Source of the DNA: Octopus vulgaris
Lineage: Eukaryota
Direction: 5' to 3'
Assembly (NCBI GenBank): GCA_951406725.2
Contig: OX597824.1
Coordinates: 17,236,001 to 17,300,000 of the forward strand
DNA length: 64,000 nt
Below are positions 43,921-56,545 of the stretch, piece after piece. The notes beneath the pieces are model-generated. The model searched no databases and was not told the DNA's origin. It worked only from the letters and a program-made list of their open reading frames with translations. The translations under genes and the position numbers were made by a program. Each line of letters begins with the position of its first letter. Within the stretch, counting starts at the first letter, position 1.

Positions 43921-44052
43921 TGTTATGTCGCGACATAACAGTGGCGAAGAGGATTTCGTTAAACACACAGCCGCTGTGTAGTATTGCGATATAACAGTGG
44001 TGACGAGGATTTCGTAACTCACACAGCCATTGTGTAGTATTGCCATATAACA
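43921..44052. repeat. 56-bp tandem repeat (2.2 copies) beginning in a perfect 20-bp palindrome
   Basis: Units start at 43930, 43986 and 44042; palindrome tgttatgtcgcgacataaca at 43921-40. Confidence 0.85.
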
Positions 44053-44600
44053 TTATGAATCCCAACATTCACCATGCAAGCTGTAGTTTGGAGCCAGGAA
44101 GATGCAGAAAGAGAATGAGATAAATTCCAAACGACATTGGCACAGCTGTGATACGTTTTACAACACCGTACTACTGTTAGCATGGCAAAAAAAAGTTAAT
44201 CATCAAAATTCTAAAATATAAGTTTATATCGGAGATGAAGGCCTAATACATTGCAGAGGCCTAGATTTCGAAACAGGGAATGACGACATCTTGTTCGTTG
44301 GTATGGGCCCCTCCCTATAATAGAGGCGTTGTATTTTACTTGGTCGATATTTGACGGATTTAGAAACTGGAGCTACGTGATATCCTAGCAATTTCCATTA
44401 AATTTTGCGAAATGTCGTAGAGGAAGTTTGATAACTTTTTAGTTATTTTCCAGATGGATGTTAGTTTTTATTTTGACACAGACCAAGAAAGCATGCAAAT
44501 GGGTTTCCTACAGAAAAAAAACCCCTATCAGGAGGTAAAGCAAGTTTCGTTTAGCTTTTGCTTTGCGGTCTATTGAAATCTGATGCGCAAAATGCCTGAA

Positions 44601-45118
44601 GGATTTGATGTCAACCTTTATTGGTGGGAGTTAAATTACTGGGTGGTGGTAATTGTGTTGAAGGCGCATGGCTCAGTGGTTAGAGCGTCGAGCTTACGAT
44701 CGTGAGGTTGTGAGGTTGTGAGGATTTGATGTCAACCTTTATTGGTGGGAGTTAAATTACTGGGTGGTGGTAATTGTGTTGAAAGCGCATGGCTCAGTGG
44801 TTAGAGCGTCGAGCTTACGATCGTGAGGTTGTGAGCGCGAATCCCGGACCGGGCTGCGTGTTGTGTTCTTGAGGAAGACACTTTATTTCACGTTGCTCCA
44901 GTTCACTCGGCTGTAGAAATGAGTTGCGACGTCACAGGTGCCAAGCTGTATCGGCCCTTGCCTTTCCCTTGGATAACACTGGTGGCGTGGAGAGGGGAGG
45001 CTGGTATGCATGTGCGACTACTGGTCTTCCATAAACAACCTTGCCCGGACTAGTACCTTGGAGGGTAACTTTCTAGGTGCAACCCCATGGTCTATGTCGT
45101 GATCGAAAGGGGTCTCAG
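44601..45118 (+). mobile_element. SINE family B with a 121-bp tandem duplication of flank + head
   Basis: ggatttgatg... at 44601 and 44722; TSD aattgtgttgaa at 44651 and 45119. Confidence 0.9.
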
Positions 45119-45759
45119 AATTGTGTTGAATGTAAGATGTGTGGGTAATTTGTGGTATCGTGCTGGTATTGTAATATAGCGTCGGAAGAAACGTTTAGCA
45201 TCATTTCTTCAAGCTCTTGAAGCTCTGATTTCTAATCACGCAAGGTCAACATTGCTATTGATCCCTTCGCTGAAATAAAGGATCAGTCAAGTAATGGGTT
45301 CGGTATATCCGAGTAATCCCCGCCACACAGAATTGCTGGCCGTGTGTCAAAGTATTAAACGAAAGCCGATAAGCTGACAAAACAGCTATTTTCACGAAGC
45401 AAATACTTTGCAGCATTTTGCCCGTGTTTACGTTCTGAATTCAAATTCCACCGAGGTGGACCTTGCTTTTCTTTCTTGCGGGGACGATGAAATAAGTCGA
45501 AGTTCCGCACTGGGACAGATAGGTTGCTTTGGTTATAGCAGAAAGGAGTAACCAGTAAACTCTTTCTTTCGTGTAACTCTATATTATACGGAAGAGGATT
45601 AGTAACTTTATATGGTCTTGCACGAAACTGCATGTTACGAAGCGAATTTGATTATTTAATTGTTTCTCATAAATAACAAATTTTATATCAATTTTATTCA
45701 AACAATTTGGTTCATTATTTACAGTAAATAATGTACATAATTCCTTATCTCTTAAATAT

Positions 45760-46072
45760 TATTATTATTTCGCCCTTTTCAAGCCTAGCTAGGCTCATGG
45801 GCCCGGTTTCCCGGTTTCTGTGGCGTATGTGTTCCTCCAGCTGGACGGGACGCCAGTCTAGCGCAGCGTTACTCAAGAAACAGGAAGAGAGAGTAAGAGA
45901 AGGTTATGGCGAAAGACTACAACAGGGGGTCACCACCACACCCTGCCGGAGCCTCGTGGAGCTTTAGGTGTTTTCGCTCAATAAACACACACAACGCCCG
46001 GTCTGGGAATCAAAACCGCGATCCTCCGACCGCGAGTCCGCTGCCCTAAACATAGGGCCATTGCGCCTCCAC
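45760..46072 (-). mobile_element. SINE family D head + tail T3, inserted in a tail fragment of the 30.1-kb HHR element
   Basis: TSD atctcttaaatat / atctcataaatat; the flanks rejoin to match 30723-30767. Confidence 0.9.
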
Positions 46073-47379
46073 ATCTCATAAATATAGAACTGTATTAATT
46101 TGGTCCACTTTAGGCTCGACTATTTTCGTTAGCGTATTGCCTTCAAGTCGGCTAAATAACGCCTAACCACTCAAAGAAACAGGTAATAGGGAAGTGCAAT
46201 AAAAAACTGTTTTACAACAGTTTACATTTCCTTTGGAGAAGGAAAACTTTGTGCTTTCAGATACATATATTTTTTTAAAGATGATTTTGAGAATTCGCTA
46301 AGCCTCATCATCGTATCATGAAAAACAACGACGACCACCACCACCACCACAAGAAGAACAACAACAACATCCACAATGCGAGCGGCATTCACGTGCAAGC
46401 AGAAGCGCTGCCAAGCGAGAGATGCATGCGCAAAAGAAATTTCGCTCGGGTAGATTTTCAGTTTTTAAGAACTATCTCTTTGCCTGAAGAATATCTGTAG
46501 AAGTGTAAATAATGGAATAGCTTTACTATGGAAATGAAAGGCTCTATGAAATGATGCGCTGGAAGATGGCATGTCTGGCATCATATATAGTGAGTGGAGG
46601 AGAGCCTGTGGCATCGAGTGCGTGACTATTAAGACTGAAGTCGTGGCTCAAAAGCATGCAGAGATTTTGCGCAACAGAACCACTAATAATTTTATGACAC
46701 AGTACATGGGTACGAGAAATATTATTCGCTAAATTTCCATACAATTGTAGAGGAAAATTTTCGGTGGCGTGCACGAAAATAACTAGAAATGCTTTGTGAT
46801 CGGGAAGAATCAGCGTAGTGACTCAACGTGACTTGAAACCAAAATGGAAACTGTCTTTAGAAACCAAAATTCATGTCACCTGAGGAAGCAATTTCAGCAC
46901 GGTAATGGTGAGATTTCTCACCGAGTAAGCGGCTAGAAGTACTCCACTACAATCTTAAAGAGTGACGAACTCATTCCAATCTACTTCAACAGAACAAAGA
47001 ATGGTGGCCTCTAGAAGTAGACATTTGTTCCTTAGTAGATATTGTTTGGCATGATGTAGAATAAAGTGAACCTATTGCAATTCAAGAAGCTGTTGAAGGA
47101 CAATTGGTAGGTTACAAAGACGAACCTATTGATCCAAACAGAATATGAGTGTATGGAGGTGATCAAGGACCTGATTAATTTTTCAGATGTATTGCAATTT
47201 ATCCACGGTGGTTGAAGGCAGAAACACAAGCAATCTATCCACAGCAATAGTGTGAAGCAGGAAGGGCTACATTACTGATGGTGCCATTTCCATAACTGTA
47301 ATAACCAAACTAACAACAGATGCAGCTGCAAGGATAACCGTTTCACAACAGTAACAGTAGCACATTACCAGCAACAACA

Positions 47380-47745
47380 GGAGGCGCAATGGCCCAATGC
47401 TTAGGGCAGCGGACTCGCGGTCGGAGGATCGCGGTTTCGATTCCCTGACCGGGCATTGTGTGTGTTTATTGAGCGAAAACACCTAAAGCACCACGAGGCT
47501 CCGGCAGGGGGTGGTAGCGACCCCTGTTGCAGTCTTTCGATCCAACTTTCTCTCACTCTTTCTTCCTGTTTCTTGTCCCCAACTTCCTACGCAACCACTG
47601 AGCCTGGATGCGCATTCATCCATCTGTCGATGCTCTCGGTGTCGGGGGTTGACCTGCTTTCTCTTCTGCGGGTCTTACGAATAGCAAAGAACCACGTTTC
47701 GGACTTCTCCCATCTTCTGAGCTCTGGGACGAAGACCGTTTGCTC
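47380..47745 (+). mobile_element. SINE family D head + tail T5
   Basis: ggaggcgcaatggcccaatgcttagggcagcggactcgcgg...; distinct 3' half ending in (caa)n. Confidence 0.88.
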
Positions 47746-48667
47746 AACAGCAACAGCAACCAGCAACAACAATACGGCAAAAGTAACACTAGGAATCTCG
47801 ACAGCAGAACAACAGAAACTAACACATCAGCAACAATGGAATTAGTAGCAACTGAAAGCCCTATATCAACAACAAAACTGATACGTTCTAAGACATGACT
47901 CGCCACGTGAGACCTCTATGAAATGTTGTGTGAAGATGCGGAAGAAGAGTCTAAACGGGGCTGCGCTGGATGTAGTCAGCAGCGAATATCATGCCTTCCA
48001 AATAGTAGACGTCTACGCGATATGCAACAAAAGGAGAATGGCGTGTGAATTTTTTAGACGGCTTGAGGTTTACATAACAACGCCCAGTTGTCTCATGCTT
48101 ATGAGAGAATGGAAGGCATCATGAATGCACGATGGTTGTGAGTGAATCTAGCCGATAGGGGAGGTGGGTGCAAAAATCTCAAAAAACATGCTTAGACTTC
48201 CCAACTCTCTCAGAGGAACTGACTGAATCCTCTGAATAGGCGGATGTTTCTATCGACAAAAAGGACCTCCAGATATCATCTATCTAGAATCGTCTATAGA
48301 TAAATACATACACATAGCGTCAGCTGTCCATAATTTAAAGTCGTCGGGATCTCTATAATTAACCTAGGTAACTTTCATACACAGGAATATGTCTGTTCGG
48401 GATGATACACATGTGAGAATCAGTAATCGAGCTACTGACAAGCGCCAACTTCCAACAATTTGGAATTTTTAACGTAATATTGCCACCTTACGGAAATTTC
48501 AATCGGCCATATTTTATATACGGTACATAAACTCGCACCTAAAATTTCTTGAATCATTAATATTCCATGAAATAAAATAGAGACATATTACGGCAATGGA
48601 GTACTAGAATTATAGAAATATTTTTATTTCTAAGTCTCTCTAAAGGAGACTACGGCAGCGGTACTGG

Positions 48668-48962
48668 ATATTAATAGTTATCGCCAAGCTAATATGGCAG
48701 TCCAGAAATACAGGACGAATGCTGCCGTTGATTAGCTCCAAGAGGCCATCGCTTCTAGCTAGCTATGTGACACATGAACCTGTGTCTATTATAACCTTCG
48801 AACAGAGGAGGTCAACCGCTTCCCCTATTCGAAGACTATAATGAACACCGGTTCGTGTGTCACATAGCTCGCTAAAGGCGATGGCTTCTTGGAGCTAATC
48901 AACGGCAGCGTTCATCCCATATTTCTGGACTGCCATATTAGCTTGGCGATAACTATTAATAT
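48668..48962. mobile_element. ~295-bp palindromic MITE (foldback)
   Basis: atattaatagttatcgccaagctaatatggcagtccagaaata... / ...tatttctggactgccatattagcttggcgataactattaatat; the arms pair almost to the centre. Confidence 0.92.
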
Positions 48963-48984
48963 AATACTATAATTACTATAATTC

Positions 48985-49325
48985 TTTCTATTTTTGAGTC
49001 ATCCCCTGACATTTTGGGGGAAATGTGCAAGTCGAACATATCAATCCCGGAACTCAAATGGTACTTATTTTATCGAGACCGAAAGACGAAGCGCAAATTC
49101 GACCGCGACGGAGTCTGAACTCAGAACGTAAAGACCCAAAAGAAATGCGCAAAGCATTTCGAACAGCGTGCTAGAGATTCTGCCAACGCAGTGCCTGCAA
49201 AATTGTTACCAAATTTGCACAATGCCAGCAATTTTAGATGGGGGTGAGTGATTACTTCGGGCCCCACTGCTTGACTGCTACACTAATTCATCGAACCATT
49301 AAGGATGAAAGGCAAAGTAGATGTC
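48985..49325 (-). mobile_element. Diverged family C SINE copies
   Basis: ggtacttattttatcga...ctgaactcagaacgta...gcgtgctagagattctgcc; aaggatgaaaggcaaag. Confidence 0.75.
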
Positions 49326-49447
49326 GACATCTTCATGAAACAATGTTGTGTTCATCAAAACTACTCTAAAATTCATCAAAAGTAACAAGAGTTGCCTCCT
49401 CTTGATTCCGTGTTTTCCTTTCTTTATTTCTTTGCACATATTCTCGA

Positions 49448-49911
49448 AGCACTTCGGTTACGACGACGAGGGTTCCAGTTGATTCGATCAACATACCAAC
49501 GAGCTCGTAAAATTAAGGTGCAAGTGGCTGAGCACTCCACAGACACGTGTACCCTTAACGTAGTTCTCGGGGAGATTCAGCATGACTCAGAGTGTGACAA
49601 GGCTGGCCCTTTGAAATACAGGTACAACAGAAAACAGGAAGAAAGAATGAGAGAAAGTTTGTGGTGAAAGAGTACAACAGGGTTCACCACCACCCCCTGC
49701 CGAAGCCTCGTGGATCTTTTAGGTGTTTTCACTCAAGGCGTAGGAGTGGCTGTGAGGTAAGTAGCTTGCTAACGAACTACATGGTTCCGGGTTCAGTCCC
49801 ACTGCGTGGCACCTTGCGCAGGTGTATTCTACTATAACCTCGTGCTGACCAAAATCTTGTGAGTGGATTTGGTAGAGGGAAACTGGAAGAAGACCGTCGT
49901 ATATATTTACG

Positions 49912-49953
<42 letters not shown>

Positions 49954-50266
49954 AGTGTGTGTGTCCGTATATGTTTGTGTGTCTGTGTTTGTCCCCCCCC
50001 CCAACATCGCTTGACAGCCTATGCTAGTGTGTTTACGTCCCCGTAACTTAGCGCTTCGGCAAAAAGAGACCGATAGAATAAGTACTAGGCTTACAAAGAA
50101 TAAGTCCTGGGGTCGATTTGCTCGACTAAAGGCGGTGCTCCAGCATGACCAGCATGTCAAATAACTGAAACAAATAACAAAAAAAAAAAAACACTCACAA
50201 CGCCCGATCTGTGAATCGAAACCGCGATCCTACGACCGCGAGTCCAATACCCTAACCACCTGCGCA
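49448..50266 (-). mobile_element. SINE family D head + tail T2, interrupted by a full family A SINE (+, 49736-50190)
   Basis: D head at 50190-50266; D body and T2 at 49448-49735; T2 matches 29680-29850. Confidence 0.88.
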
Positions 50267-50918
50267 TATTACTAACGTGATGAAGATGTAAAGTGCTATC
50301 ATATGTGACAATGATAGGGGAAAAAACAGATTCCTGCACGTACTAATAAAGAGACGCGAACGTATTCCGTTATTCAGAAGATTGTTCAGTAAGGAATCAA
50401 ATTTGCTTTGAATCAATCAGAACTCGCTGTATTCTAGAATAGCCATGCTTCTTATATATTGTCAAGCTGTCAGTTTTCATCTATCGTATGAACCACCGAA
50501 AATGTGAAACTTACGTTTAAGTTAGAGAAGCATCAGTTTGCTATAAGGAAAAATATACACTCAGCTTTATGCTCAAAAGGAGACCGTGTGAGAGAGAGAG
50601 AGGAAGAGAGAGAGAGAGAGGGAGAGTGCATTTGTGTGTGTGTGTGTGTGGAAAAGGTTGAATTACATCTATACGAACTTATATGATATGTATGTCCACA
50701 CAGACAAGGCACTTATTTGTTTCGAGCGGTATATAATTTGTGGCTGTATAGAATGACGTTGGCTGCTTTTGGTTAGCCGCTACGAACTCCACACCTGGCG
50801 AAAAAGAATGCGTTCACACGCACACGCGTACATGACATGTATATGTGCGTGTGGTGTGTCAGAATGTGCGCATGTGTGTGTGTGTGTGTATGAGTAAGTG
50901 TATGCATAAATACAGTTT

Positions 50919-50959
<41 letters not shown>

Positions 50960-50962
<3 letters not shown>

Positions 50963-51120
50963 TGCAGGAGTGGGTGTGTGGTAGGTAGCTTGCATACCAG
51001 CAACATGGTCCTGGGTTCAGTTCTACTGCATGGCAGCTTGGGCAAGTGTCTTCTACTATAGCCTCGGGCCGACCGAAGCTTTGTGAGTGGATTTGGTAGA
51101 CGGAAACTGAAAGAAACCCG

Positions 51121-51172
<52 letters not shown>

Positions 51173-51400
51173 GTGTGTGTGTGTTTGTGTGTGAGCATAT
51201 GTTTGTGTGTCTGTGTTAGTCCCCAGACAACATCGCTAGTGTGTTTACAGCTCCGTAACTTAGCGGGACATCAAAAATGGTCGATAGAATGAGTAATAGG
51301 CTTACAAAGAATAAGTCCTTGAGTCGATTTGATCGACTAAAAGGTGGTGCTCCAGCATGACCGCAGTCAAAAGACTGAAACAAGTAAAAGTGTAAAATAA
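50960..51400 (+). mobile_element. SINE family A, full length
   Basis: ggtgcaggagtgggtgtgtggtagg...ccagcatgaccgcagtcaaaagactgaaacaagtaaaag. Confidence 0.9.
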
Positions 51401-51493
51401 AATATATACACACAAATATGTATATATATGTGTGTGCGTGTGTGTTTTTTGTGTGTGCGTACGTATCTATTTCTCTCTCGCTCTCTCTCTCTG

Positions 51494-51540
<47 letters not shown>

Positions 51541-51545
<5 letters not shown>

Positions 51546-51750
51546 TGGATCTCTTCTTGTAAGGTATCCCAGATGAACCAACTTCACGGCAGGAGGTGCA
51601 GATGAGGGCAGCTGCATCGAACTCTCTCATGCACCAAATGGCAATTGCTAAAAAGCATTCGTGAAGTAAAATCATGTAGCAACACCAAATGGCGGTGCCC
51701 CAGCATGGCCACAGCTTGTGATCTGAAACTAGATGAAAAAAAAAAAAATA
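51541..51750 (+). mobile_element. LINE 3' end, second copy of 35815-36018
   Basis: gatgaaccaacttc.cggcag.aggtgcagatgagggcagctgcatc...ggcggtgccccagcatggccacagc. Confidence 0.88.
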
Positions 51751-52088
51751 AATAAATAAAAATATATATATAAATATAGCTACCTCTATATATAAATATA
51801 TATATATATATAAATATAGCTACCTCTATATATAAATATATATATATACACACACACACATACATGAACCAAACACATCCAAATGCATTTAGAACTGAAC
51901 AAAATAATTTAAAACTGGGTATATACACACACACATACAAAGTGAGATTGGATGCGAGAGAAAGAGAGGGAGAGAAACAAGGAAACTAATGATCTGAGAA
52001 TTTTAGAAACAACAGCAGTAAGACAGTATCTCTATATGAATATATATCCTTGTGCATAATTATGTATGAATGCACGTACGTGCTTATA

Positions 52089-52221
<133 letters not shown>

Positions 52222-52440
52222 GCATATATATATATTTATATATAAGTAAGTATATACATGTATATCTAAGTGTCTGTGTGTGCGTCTATGTGTGTTTGCT
52301 TGTATGTATGTATATATGTATTTATCCATGTACATACTTCTCCTTGCGTATATGCTTATATATATATATACATACATTCATATAAATATATATATGCATA
52401 TACATACATATACATATATATATGTGTGTGTGTGTGTGTG

Positions 52441-52499
<59 letters not shown>

Positions 52500-52878
52500 A
52501 TATATATATAGATATATTTATATCCAGCATTTCTGTTTACATGTACGTGCGTATAAACAATTCCATATATATATATATATATACATCCGAACAACGTAGA
52601 CAAGAAAAAGCACATGAAAGTCTGTCTAAGACAGTAAGAACCAAGCTAAGGATGAGTGTAGCACTGAGCTAACGTGGAATTGATTTTTACCAAAATTAAT
52701 TCTTTGGCATGCCACAATAAGTATACAGAAAGGAAAAATCTCTTCTGAAGAGAACAAATTTCATTCTTTCTCTTTATTTAGGTTTTTGTGTCTTCCATTT
52801 TATCTTCCTTCATCGTTTTGCAGCCTCTCTTTAATAAATGCTGCTGTCTTCGCTCCCTTCTCGATTCTTCTGTTTGCT

Positions 52879-52931
<53 letters not shown>

Positions 52932-53042
52932 CTCTTTTCATATAATTTTCCGGACTATGCGAGGAGGAGGAGGATGAAAAGTAAGGGTGGGTGTGTATGT
53001 GGTTAGGTTTTTTCTTTCATTGTTGTTTTTGTTGTTTACTAC

Positions 53043-53079
<37 letters not shown>

Positions 53080-53187
53080 ACTTTTCTTTACTTATATTAT
53101 TTCCCTTTATCTTGCAAGATCTTTGTCTGTCTTTTGTCAGTGTGTAAAATTATTCTTCTCCCCACTCTCTCCCCTATGCATACACAG

Positions 53188-53260
<73 letters not shown>

Positions 53261-53366
53261 CGTGTGTGTGGAATATTTACATATTTATATATCTGTGTAT
53301 ATATATATATATATATGTAAATATGTATATATGTATATATATATCTATGTATATATATACGTACAT

Positions 53367-53437
<71 letters not shown>

Positions 53438-53814
53438 GTATATATATATGTGTGTATATATATATGTACATATATATATATATGTATATGTATATCTATG
53501 TATATATATGTACATATATATATATATATATCTGTGTGCGTGTGTACATACATATGTATGTGTGTGTATGTGTGTGTATATGTGTGTGTGTGTGTATGTG
53601 TGGATGAATATACACCCAAAATATTCTGTGCAGTTTTGTATGTTGTCTACTCATGTGTGTCAGGGTTGGTGTTTGGTGGTTAATTGTTCAATGGTTCAGT
53701 GATTTTTGAACATTTGACATTATTGTATTGTTCCTACAGAAATACTTATATTACCTGCGCATATACATTCATTTAAACATATCTATGTGCGCGTGCGCGT
53801 ATGGATTTATATGA

Positions 53815-53893
<79 letters not shown>

Positions 53894-53989
53894 TGTATGT
53901 GTGTGTATATATGGTGGCGCTAGTTGTGGTGGAGAGGATGTTATAAATGCTTTCATTTCAGTTGTCTTCTCCTTCTCTAATATTTACGC

Positions 53990-54465
53990 TGCCTCCCCCG
54001 TTTCTCGTAACGCTGGGTTCAGACGGGTACGTTGATACACGCTTATTGTTCCAACAGACGGGTACGTTGATACACGTTTTATTTCACTGTTGTTTATAAA
54101 TCTATCACGTTTCTCATTTACATTTTCGTAGATCACTGATGACAGTTCATGCTTTCTTCTATGCTACAGGCGGTTTCCCCATTATAAAGGCTTTCTTCTA
54201 TACGTTCTTACATACAGTTCATATGGCATACTCTATCCTTAGTTTCATAATTTATTTAGGATTCATTCTTCATAATAAGTAATTTATTTCGATATAGCTC
54301 TTCTTTTTTTGAAAAGTATATCATACCAAGTCTTCTGTTTGGTTCTTGAAATACTTTAATTTTAAATTTTACTTTATTGTTTATATGCAGGTTAGTATTA
54401 CCATAAGATGCAGTGGAATTGCGACAGTGAACAGGCTGCAGTTGGTACCACGAAAATTTTGACAC
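53990..54465 (-). pseudogene. Decayed GIY-YIG endonuclease-like ORF of a Penelope-like element
   Basis: Read through the stop of ORF 54256-54465: NYETKDRVCHMNCM*ERIEESLYNGETACSIEESMNCHQ (cf. C.TKNVVY.I.C..C....YIGET.R...ER...H). Confidence 0.5.
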
Positions 54466-54482
54466 TATTAATAAATGCTTAA

Positions 54483-54580
54483 ATGATGTTCGCAGTTCTT
54501 ATGTGTTTTAGACTCGTTTAAGTTTCAACACATAGTCTCTGACGAAATTGCTCGTCAGTAAATACATAACTGAACATCAC
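54483..54580 (-). ncRNA. Extended type I hammerhead ribozyme motif
   Basis: gugauguu-cag-uuaugu-a-uuua-CUGACGA-[25 nt]-GAAA-cuu-aaac-gag-UC-uaaa-ac-acauaa-gaa-cug-cg-aacaucau: about 21 bp of interrupted stem I and a GUC site; stem II is weak. Confidence 0.7.
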
Positions 54581-54679
54581 GTAATGATTCGAGAATTTGT
54601 AAAGGAATCTCCCCATTGTGGGTTGCATCAATGCATATCACTTATCACAATTTGTTGTCATTGTTATAATTGTCTAAGG

Positions 54680-55070
54680 CACTGAACTGACGAATTGTGA
54701 GCAAACCAGACAATGTTCTTAGTGCTTAGTTTTCCCGACTCTACGTTCTGTGTTCAAATTCGACTTTCATCCTTTCAGAATAGATGAAGCAAGTATCAGT
54801 TGATCGCTAAAGTCGAAGTCATCAACAAAATACCTCCTCCAAAATGTCAGGCCTTGTTCCTATATAAGAATGTATCTGTATGGGGATGTGCTGACAGAGT
54901 CGTCAGCACATCAGACAATGTGATTAGCATTATTTTTTTCTGAAATTATGTTCTGAGTTCAAATGCTGTAGAGGCCGACTTCGCTTTTCATTCTTTTGGG
55001 GTTGATGTAACCGATTTACCACTAGCATTAAAATTTGTTGGCCTTGTGCAAACATTTGGAATTATGATTA
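54680..55070 (+). mobile_element. Two diverged family C SINE copies
   Basis: gttctgtgttcaaattcgactttcatccttt and gttctgagttcaaat...gacttcgcttttcattcttttggggttgat. Confidence 0.65.
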
Positions 55071-55504
55071 TAAATATCTGTATCATTTTGCCTTCTTATT
55101 CTTTCTAATCTCTTCTATTATTTGTTCTCTTACGAACCGCTATGCCAGACAGTGGGACTGAACCTGGAACCACAGAGCTTCTTACCACACTGCCACATAT
55201 ATATGGAACTATTCTTGTGACGTATTCTAAATTTCCAGCGCTTCTAAGAATTTTGTCCCTTATTCTAGAAGAAATTCTTACTTTAGAAGAAATTTTATAT
55301 ATTCTACACTATTTGTAATGGTCGAGGCAAGGATATATTTTCAATATTCTTCCGAACCACGCTACATATAATGTACTAGATATGACAGTGAGGCAAGGCT
55401 CAAAGAATGCTTAGTGCGTTTACAGTGTCATACCTGCTCGCATGTGACTATTGGATATACTGACACTTATAGATTTATATACGTATGTAGAGTTCTTATA
55501 TTTT

Positions 55505-55795
55505 ATTTTTTCCACTTGCTGGTTTGAAGACATCTTAGGGAACTGCATTGAAGAATATCAACCGAAAGAACTGGACCCTGTACCTATATATACTTTTAAA
55601 CTAGGTACTTAATCTAAGGGTCTCTTTCGCAGAACCACTAAGTCACGTTGACGTAACCCGCTGAGGCAGGTTGTCAGGCCGCGGCAGGGGACAAATGCAG
55701 GCACGAAAGCACTCTCCACCAAATATATATATGTTTGTGTGTGTGTATATATATATATACATATACATATGCATATACATATATATATATATACG

Positions 55796-55843
<48 letters not shown>

Positions 55844-55887
55844 TATACATATCTATATATGTATATATAGATATGTATATGTATATC

Positions 55888-55924
<37 letters not shown>

Positions 55925-55927
55925 ATA

Positions 55928-55973
<46 letters not shown>

Positions 55974-56130
55974 TGAAGGGCTTCTTTCAGTTTCTTTCGA
56001 CCAAATACACTAATAAGCCTGTAGTCTGACTGTGGATATAGCAGACGAAACTTGCCCATGGTGCTACGCAATGGAACCGCTCCTGATATCATGTGGCTGG
56101 AAGACAAACTTCTCTCCACATGGCAGCACC
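55505..56130 (-). mobile_element. Old, diverged family A SINE
   Basis: gggcttctttcagtttctttcgaccaaatacact...ttgcccatggtgctacgcaatggaacc; degenerate tail at 55505-55700. Confidence 0.7.
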
Positions 56131-56164
56131 AGCACACATGTATCTTGATAAATATAAGCATATA

Positions 56165-56278
56165 GGTTCCGGGTTCGGTCCCACTGCGTGGCATCTTGGG
56201 CAAGTGTCTTCTACTATAGACCCGGGCCGACCAAAGCCTTGTGAGTGGATTTGGTAGACGGAAACTGAAAGAAGCCTG

Positions 56279-56321
<43 letters not shown>

Positions 56322-56545
56322 TTGTGTGTGTGTTTGTGTGTCTGTGTTTGTCCCCCTAGCATTGCTTGACAATCAATGCTGGTGTGTTTATGTCCCCGTC
56401 ACTTAGCGGTTCGGCAAAAGAGACCGATAGAATAAGTACTGGGCTTACAAAAGAATAAGCTACGGGGTCGATTTGCTCGACTAAAAGGCGGTGCTCCAGC
56501 ATGGCCGCAGTCAAATGACTGAAACAAGTAAAAGAGTAAAAGAGT
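56165..56545 (+). mobile_element. SINE family A, slightly 5'-truncated
   Basis: ggttccgggttcggtcccactgcgtggc...ggcggtgctccagcatggccgcagtcaaatgactgaaacaagtaaaagagtaaaagag. Confidence 0.93.

Noticed and set aside
43930-44052. Repeat array as a possible CRISPR
   Set aside because: It is a plain tandem repeat without unique spacers, in a eukaryotic context with no cas genes.
46540-47280. Possible decayed LINE ORF1/gag-like region (TVVEGR motif)
   Set aside because: Too degraded to support beyond one short motif.
47380-47455. tRNA-like sequences with A/B boxes (also 29537, 30421, 44659)
   Set aside because: They are SINE heads: no complete acceptor stem, and they continue into SINE bodies.
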